From: Elusimicrobiota bacterium
GTDB lineage: Bacteria > CAYTYR01 > UBA6262
Reading direction: 5' to 3'
Assembly (NCBI GenBank): GCA_016218565.1
Contig: JACRDM010000143.1
Coordinates: forward strand, 1-12,033
Length of the DNA: 12,033 nt
Positions 8,280 through 12,033 of this stretch are shown here, in pieces. The translations under genes were made by a program, and so were the position numbers. The notes under the pieces were generated by a model. It was not told the origin of the DNA. It worked only from the letters and a program-made list of their open reading frames with translations, and did no database searches. Numbering within the stretch: the stretch's first letter is position 1; every line of letters begins with the position of its first letter.

Positions 8280-8315
8280 CAGCATACAGCGTACAGGCAA
8301 CAGGGAAACAGTAAA
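8280..8315. repeat. Tandem degenerate heptads (CAGNNNN) x5 directly after the lepA stop.
   Basis: The units are cagcata / cagcgta / caggcaa / cagggaa / (a)cagtaaa. CAG starts fall at 8280, 8287, 8294, 8301 and 8309. Confidence 0.6.
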
Positions 8316-8350
8316 AATATGCGCTGATTTTAAATATTTTGTTTTTTATA

Positions 8351-8413
8351 CTGACATCCTGACCCCTGTCCGCTGTTAACTGAAAGTGAACGTTGTCACC
8401 TGAATGCTGTAAA
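8351..8413. repeat. Inverted-orientation heptad array (YTGNNNN) x about 9, ending at the lepB RBS.
   Basis: CTG, GTG or TTG starts fall at 8351, 8359, 8366, 8373, 8380, 8386/7, 8393/4, 8400 and 8407, which is a 7-nt period. CTG is the reverse complement of the upstream CAG heptads. Confidence 0.6.
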
Positions 8414-8424
8414 AAGGAGAGTAA

Positions 8425-9039
8425 ATGCTACTAGAAACTAAAAAGAAGATCAAGAAAGAAATAAGAGAATGGGTGGAAACAATAGTAATTGCCATGGTCT
8501 TGGCCTTTTTTATACGCACCTATTTTATCCAGGCTTTCAAGATACCGTCCGGTTCAATGCTGGAGACCCTGCAGTTGGGCGACCATCTTTTTGTTAATAA
8601 GTTAGTTTATGGGACCAAGATACCGTTTAGTGACAAGAAAATATGGAAACTGCGCGAGGTTCAGCGGGGAGATATCATTGTCTTTAAATATCCGGTGGAG
8701 CCGAAAAAGGATTTCGTTAAACGGGCTATCGGTTTACCGGGTGATGAAATAGAGATTCATAATAAGATTGTTTTTGTAAACAACATACAATTGAATGAAA
8801 CCTATTCTCAGCATAAGGATTCCCGGATTTTTCCGGATGATCCGGCTATCCCCAAGGAGGTACGGCCCCGGGATAATTTGCCAAGGTTTAAAGTACCTGC
8901 GGGACAATATTTTGTCATGGGCGATAACCGCGATAACAGCTTGGATAGCCGTTTCTGGGGATTTTTACCGGAAGGCAATATCAAGGGCAAGGCCTGGTTC
9001 ATTTACTGGCCGCTTAATAGAATTAGAATAATAAAGTAA
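8425..9039 (+). CDS. lepB: Signal peptidase I.
   Basis: The N-terminal TM segment is followed by the catalytic Ser box IPSGSMLETL. Box C is RGDIIVF. The Lys box KRAIGLPGDEIEI and box E GQYFVMGDNRDNSLDSRFWGF are present. The lepA-lepB linkage is preserved. Confidence 0.9.
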   Translation: MLLETKKKIKKEIREWVETIVIAMVLAFFIRTYFIQAFKIPSGSMLETLQLGDHLFVNKLVYGTKIPFSDKKIWKLREVQRGDIIVFKYPVEPKKDFVKRAIGLPGDEIEIHNKIVFVNNIQLNETYSQHKDSRIFPDDPAIPKEVRPRDNLPRFKVPAGQYFVMGDNRDNSLDSRFWGFLPEGNIKGKAWFIYWPLNRIRIIK

Positions 9040-9132
9040 AAGCGCAAATAGCATATGGCATATAGCTGATGGCAAAAACAAATACGACAATTCTTCTGCT
9101 ATATGCCATAAGCCATTAGCCATAAGCGCTTC
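9040..9132. repeat. Long imperfect palindrome built from GC-initiated heptads. It fills the lepB-nfeD spacer and may act as a terminator or attenuator hairpin.
   Basis: A 13-bp perfect inverted repeat TATGGCATATAGC (9054-9066) / GCTATATGCCATA (9098-9110) is present. An outer pair AAGCGC (9040-9045) / GCGCTT (9126-9131) encloses it. The arms are heptad tandems: gcatatg / gcatata / gctgatg / gcaaaaa on the left and gctatat / gccataa / gccatta / gccataa / gcgcttc on the right. Confidence 0.6.
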
Positions 9133-9152
9133 TAATTTTGGAGGTAAGAGTT

Positions 9153-9590
9153 ATGGATTGGAATAATCCTGTTTTAGTGTGGATCATAGTAGCAGTAGCA
9201 TTTTTTATCCTGGAGATCGCTACCCCGACTATCTTTGTCTTTGCTTGTTTTGGTATTGGCGCTCTCGGCGCGAGTCTGGCCTTCAAGCTTTTTAGCAATA
9301 TCTGGTTATCTTGGATCGTTTTTATTGCTATTTCTATTGTTGGCGTCATTGCTTCACGGCCACTGGCAGAAAAGTTTGCTGGTAAATCGGCGCGCTTAGC
9401 TCATATAGATGCCATTATTGGTAAAAAGGGAAAGGTTGTTATAGCGATAGATCCAGAAAAAGATGAAGGCCGGGTCATGGTAGACAGAGAGGACTGGCGC
9501 GCGGAAGCTGATGAAAGAATCGAACCAGGGGAGATTATAGAAGTGTTAAAAGTCGAAGGAACACATTTGTATGTTAAAAAACCAAGTTAG
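9153..9590 (+). CDS. NfeD-family protein (short membrane-anchored OB-fold partner of SPFH/stomatin proteins).
   Basis: The protein is 145 aa. Two or three N-terminal TM helices (VLVWIIVAVAFFILEIATPTIFVFACFGIGALGASLAF...WIVFIAISIVGVIA) precede a soluble C-terminal domain (GKVVIAIDPEKDEGRVMVDREDWRAEADERIEPGEIIEV). It lies immediately upstream of an SPFH gene. The GGAGG RBS at 9140-9144 supports the ATG at 9153. The ORF-track start at 9138 is a TTG inside that RBS. Confidence 0.7.
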   Translation: MDWNNPVLVWIIVAVAFFILEIATPTIFVFACFGIGALGASLAFKLFSNIWLSWIVFIAISIVGVIASRPLAEKFAGKSARLAHIDAIIGKKGKVVIAIDPEKDEGRVMVDREDWRAEADERIEPGEIIEVLKVEGTHLYVKKPS

Positions 9591-9592
9591 CG

Positions 9593-9672
9593 CGAAGGAC
9601 AGTAAGTACGAGAAGCAGTCAAATCGAAAGGCAGTAAGAGCGAGGAGCAGTAAGAACGACAAGCAGTTAATA
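9593..9672. repeat. Five tandem copies of a degenerate 16-nt unit CGARRAGCAGTAAGAR, starting 3 nt after the nfeD stop.
   Basis: The units are cgaaggacagtaagta / cgagaagcagtcaaat / cgaaaggcagtaagag / cgaggagcagtaagaa / cgacaagcagttaata. The 16-nt period does not keep a reading frame, and every frame contains stops. Confidence 0.7.
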
Positions 9673-9704
9673 GTAATAAATAAAAATTAGTTCTTACTGC
9701 TTTT
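9643..9704 (+). terminator. Putative nfeD terminator or attenuator. Repeat unit 4 pairs with a downstream complementary arm.
   Basis: AGCAGTAAGAAC (9646-9657) is exactly complementary to GTTCTTACTGCT (9690-9701), giving a 12-bp stem extendable by 3 GU/AU pairs. The loop is 32 nt and AT-rich. It is followed by TTT. Units 1 and 3 could pair alternatively with 7-9 bp. Confidence 0.4.
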
Positions 9705-9767
9705 GTCCTGATTGGCTAACTGTATTTGTTTTGACTGGCACACTGTATTTAAAAAAAGGGGGGATTT

Positions 9768-10640
9768 ATGGGATTTGTATATTTTGTAGTAGCTTTGTTG
9801 GCTTTTGTTTTTGGTATCAATGCATTGTGGCGGATACGGCCTTTTGAAAAAGGTTTAGTGGAACGGCTGGGTAAATTCAGTCGTTTGCTGGATTCGGGAC
9901 TCAATTTCGTTATGCCGTTCATCGATACGGTCAGAAAAGTGGACCTGCGCGAACAAGTGATGGACGTTCCTCCGCAGGAAGTGATCACGAAGGACAATGT
10001 GGGAGTGACTGTTGACGCGGTGATCTACTTTAAAGTGACTGATCCATTCAAAGTAGCATATAACGTGGCTAATTTCCAATATGCTGCCTTAAAATTGGCC
10101 CAAACTAATTTACGTAATGAAATTGGTAATTTGGAACTGGACCAAACATTGACCAGCCGCGAAAAGATTAATGTCCAATTACGCCAGATGCTGGATGACG
10201 CTACTGATGCCTGGGGAGTGAAAGTAACCAGAGTGGAAATACAAAGAATTGAACCGCCTCGCGATATTACCGATGCCATGAGTCGCCAGATGAAGGCAGA
10301 ACGCGATAAACGCGCGGCCATTTTAGAAGCTGAAGGTTTCAAGCAAGCTGCCATCCTTAAAGCTGAAGGTGAAAAAACATCCAACATATTATCGGCAGAA
10401 GGTAAAAAACAAGCCCAGGTGCTGATTGCCGAAGGCGAAGGGGCGGCCATTCAGACTGTGTTCAACGCCATCCATAGCGGTAAGCCCACCAGCGATTTGC
10501 TGGCGGTAAAATACCTGGAAGCGCTGGCGAAAATAGCCGACGGTAAAGCTACTAAAATATTTCTGCCGATCGAGTCAGTGAAATCCTTGGGTAGTGTTGC
10601 TGCGATCTCAGAAATGTTCAAAGAAACCAAAAACGAATAA
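9768..10640 (+). CDS. SPFH/Band-7 (stomatin/prohibitin-like) membrane protein.
   Basis: An N-terminal TM segment (FVYFVVALLAFVFGINALW) precedes the SPFH core (RIRPFEKGLVERLGKF...VDLREQVMDVPPQEVITKDNVGVTVDAVIYFKVTDP...). The C-terminal coiled-coil region carries four 11-residue AEG repeats (AAILEAEGFKQ / AAILKAEGEKT / SNILSAEGKKQ / AQVLIAEGEGA). The RBS is a G-run AAAGGGGGG. The gene pairs with the upstream NfeD gene. Confidence 0.9.
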   Translation: MGFVYFVVALLAFVFGINALWRIRPFEKGLVERLGKFSRLLDSGLNFVMPFIDTVRKVDLREQVMDVPPQEVITKDNVGVTVDAVIYFKVTDPFKVAYNVANFQYAALKLAQTNLRNEIGNLELDQTLTSREKINVQLRQMLDDATDAWGVKVTRVEIQRIEPPRDITDAMSRQMKAERDKRAAILEAEGFKQAAILKAEGEKTSNILSAEGKKQAQVLIAEGEGAAIQTVFNAIHSGKPTSDLLAVKYLEALAKIADGKATKIFLPIESVKSLGSVAAISEMFKETKNE

Positions 10641-10643
10641 TGC

Positions 10644-10675
10644 GGTTACTGGTTACTAGTCGCTAGTCGCTGGTG
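10644..10675. repeat. Tandem heptads (GGTTACT)2(AGTCGCT)2 containing two CTAG cores, directly after the SPFH stop.
   Basis: The sequence is ggttact ggttact agtcgct agtcgct ggtg. The segment ACTAGTCGCTAGTCGCT (10655-10671) is complementary, with one mismatch, to 10765-10780. Confidence 0.65.
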
Positions 10676-10706
10676 AAAGACTGCGATAAAAAAATTGATT
10701 ATTTTG

Positions 10707-10735
10707 TTGCGAAGATGTGATTATCGAGCTATATT
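10707..10735 (+). promoter_or_regulatory. Candidate sigma-70-type promoter for hemW.
   Basis: TTGCGA (10707-10712), a 17-nt spacer, then TATATT (10730-10735), in an AT-rich stretch between the two CTAG-heptad arrays. This is read by eye only. Confidence 0.3.
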
Positions 10736-10761
10736 TTAATATATATAGTTTAATCTTTTTA

Positions 10762-10793
10762 ACTAGCGACTAGAGACTAGAAACTAGCGACTT
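10762..10793. repeat. Inverted tandem heptads (ACTAGNN) x4 abutting the hemW RBS.
   Basis: The units are actagcg / actagag / actagaa / actagcg / act, with four CTAG cores at a 7-nt period. ACTAGCGACT occurs twice (10762-10771 and 10783-10792) and is the reverse complement of AGTCGCTAGT at 10658-10667. Confidence 0.65.
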
Positions 10794-10802
10794 GAGGTTG
10801 TT

Positions 10803-11927
10803 GTGGGTGTAGGCCTATATCTTCATTTTCCTTTTTGCCAGCAGAAGTGTCATTACTGCGATTTTAATTCTTATGCTGGCATGGAGCATCTCCTGCCCAG
10901 GTACCTGGAGGCAATAAAGCAGGAGCTTTTCATGTATAAGGTCCATGTTTCAGTAGTAGATACCGTATATATAGGCGGGGGTACGCCCAGCTTATTGTCA
11001 ATTAATGATATTACCAAGCTGTTTGATTCTATCCGGCGCAATTTCTATATCGCTGACTGGGCTGAGATCACCATGGAAGTTAACCCGGGAACCTGTACTT
11101 TGGATAAACTGAGAGTCATCAGGATGAATGGGGTCAACCGGCTAAGTGTTGGTCTGCAGTCATTTAATAATGAGTCCCTGCAGAGACTGGGCAGGATTCA
11201 TTCAGTAGAAGATTTCATCAGAACTTACCAGATGGCCCAACAGGCCGGGTTTACCAATATTAACGTGGACCTTATCTATGGCCTGCCCTGGCAAACCGGA
11301 GAAGAGTGGCAGGATACCTTGGCTGGAGTCGTTGAACTGAACCCGGAGCATATCTCCATCTATGGCTTAACCATTGAAGAAGATACACCCTTTGGCTGCG
11401 CTTTAAAGGCCGGCAAGATACAAAAAATGGATGAGGATCTGGAAGCTGAGATGTATGAGAATGCGGTCAAGCTGCTCAAGGCTAATGGTTATGATCATTA
11501 TGAGATATCCAATTTTGCCAAACCAGGTAAGCGCTGCCGGCACAATCAGATCTACTGGCGCAACGAAGATTATCTGGGGATAGGCGCCGGGGCCACGTCC
11601 TATCTGGGCCGGGTGCGCTATACCAATGTCAAAGAGATACCCCGGTATATAGAAAAAGTATTTGGCAATGATTACGCCACCGTGGAAAAAGAAGCCTTAA
11701 AATTAGAAAAAATGATCGGCGAGACTATCATGCTGAACTTGCGACTGCTGGATGGATTCAAAATGGGTGATCTGCAAAAGAGGTTCAAAACTGATGTTGA
11801 CTCTCTGTATGGCCCGACCATCCGGGTTTTGGCCAATCAGGGCTTACTGCAAGAGGAAGAGGGCCTGGTGAAGTTGACTGTTCACGGTCTCCTGGTCGCT
11901 AACCAGGTATTTCAGCGCTTTGTCTAA
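10803..11927 (+). CDS. hemW: Radical SAM heme chaperone HemW (HemN-like, formerly annotated as oxygen-independent coproporphyrinogen-III oxidase).
   Basis: The N-terminus is MGVGLYLHFPFCQQKCHYCDFNS, carrying the CxxxCxxC radical-SAM cluster motif in the HemW-typical context. GGGTPS is present. The HemN C-terminal domain follows. The protein is 374 aa. The start is GTG at 10803, with GAGG at 10794-10797. Confidence 0.9.
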   Translation: MGVGLYLHFPFCQQKCHYCDFNSYAGMEHLLPRYLEAIKQELFMYKVHVSVVDTVYIGGGTPSLLSINDITKLFDSIRRNFYIADWAEITMEVNPGTCTLDKLRVIRMNGVNRLSVGLQSFNNESLQRLGRIHSVEDFIRTYQMAQQAGFTNINVDLIYGLPWQTGEEWQDTLAGVVELNPEHISIYGLTIEEDTPFGCALKAGKIQKMDEDLEAEMYENAVKLLKANGYDHYEISNFAKPGKRCRHNQIYWRNEDYLGIGAGATSYLGRVRYTNVKEIPRYIEKVFGNDYATVEKEALKLEKMIGETIMLNLRLLDGFKMGDLQKRFKTDVDSLYGPTIRVLANQGLLQEEEGLVKLTVHGLLVANQVFQRFV

Positions 11928-12033
11928 AACCTATTTAAGTTTTAGATCTTTAAAGCCTAAAAAAACAAAATGCTTGAATAAAATAATTTTTTATGAGATG
12001 ATATTTAAAGAATAAAAAAAGAGCAAATAAATA

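Noticed and set aside
8386-8399. GTGAACGTTGTCAC, which superficially resembles a catabolite-responsive element (cre) or palindromic operator near lepB.
   Set aside because: It does not fit the TGWAANCGNTNWCA cre consensus at the key positions. Only 4-bp arms are palindromic. It is better explained as part of the CTG-heptad array.
9593-9672. The possibility that the tandem-repeat arrays are CRISPR arrays.
   Set aside because: The units are directly abutting, degenerate and only 7-16 nt long. They have no unique spacers, and no cas genes are present. They are not CRISPR arrays.
9731-9752. TGGCAC at 9736-9741, which looks like a sigma-54 -24 element upstream of the SPFH gene.
   Set aside because: The required -12 GC element (TTGCW), which should follow 4-5 nt later, is absent; the sequence there is TATTT. 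The adjacent TTGACT also lacks a properly spaced -10. The only noteworthy feature is the 9-bp direct repeat ACTGTATTT (9719-9727 and 9742-9750).
10310-10450. 33-nt periodicity at the DNA level inside the SPFH gene.
   Set aside because: It is explained by the protein-level 11-residue AEG coiled-coil repeats typical of the C-terminus of stomatin-like proteins. It is not an independent DNA element.
11928-12033. The AT-rich tail after hemW, as a possible terminator.
   Set aside because: There is no convincing GC stem followed by a T-run, only A/T-rich sequence with the small palindrome AGATCT. I cannot support a terminator call from the 106 nt available.

Overview
The window reads as a dense, single-strand run of core metabolic and housekeeping genes from a moderately AT-rich bacterium. 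Shine-Dalgarno sites are of the GAGAGG/GGAGG type. The gene order is: 3' part of a GH57 alpha-glucan enzyme; mannose-family PTS IIC and IID; HPr (ptsH); Enzyme I (ptsI); an archaeal-type bifunctional phosphoglucose/phosphomannose isomerase; LepA (EF4); signal peptidase I; an NfeD-SPFH (stomatin-like) pair; and the radical-SAM heme chaperone HemW. I see no tRNA or rRNA, CRISPR array, transposase or integrase, and nothing that looks like a defence or accessory island. The unexplained signal is non-coding. Almost every intergenic spacer from ptsI onward is built from short tandem repeats laid out as inverted arrays, so each spacer can fold into a long imperfect hairpin. Most repeats have a 7-nt period and one has a 16-nt period. 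The isomerase gene is bracketed by a perfect 15-bp inverted repeat, with extra copies of a TGATTAC/GTAATCA core on both sides. The PTS cluster also lacks IIA and IIB genes in this window. I cannot run searches, so all protein calls rest on motifs read from the translations.
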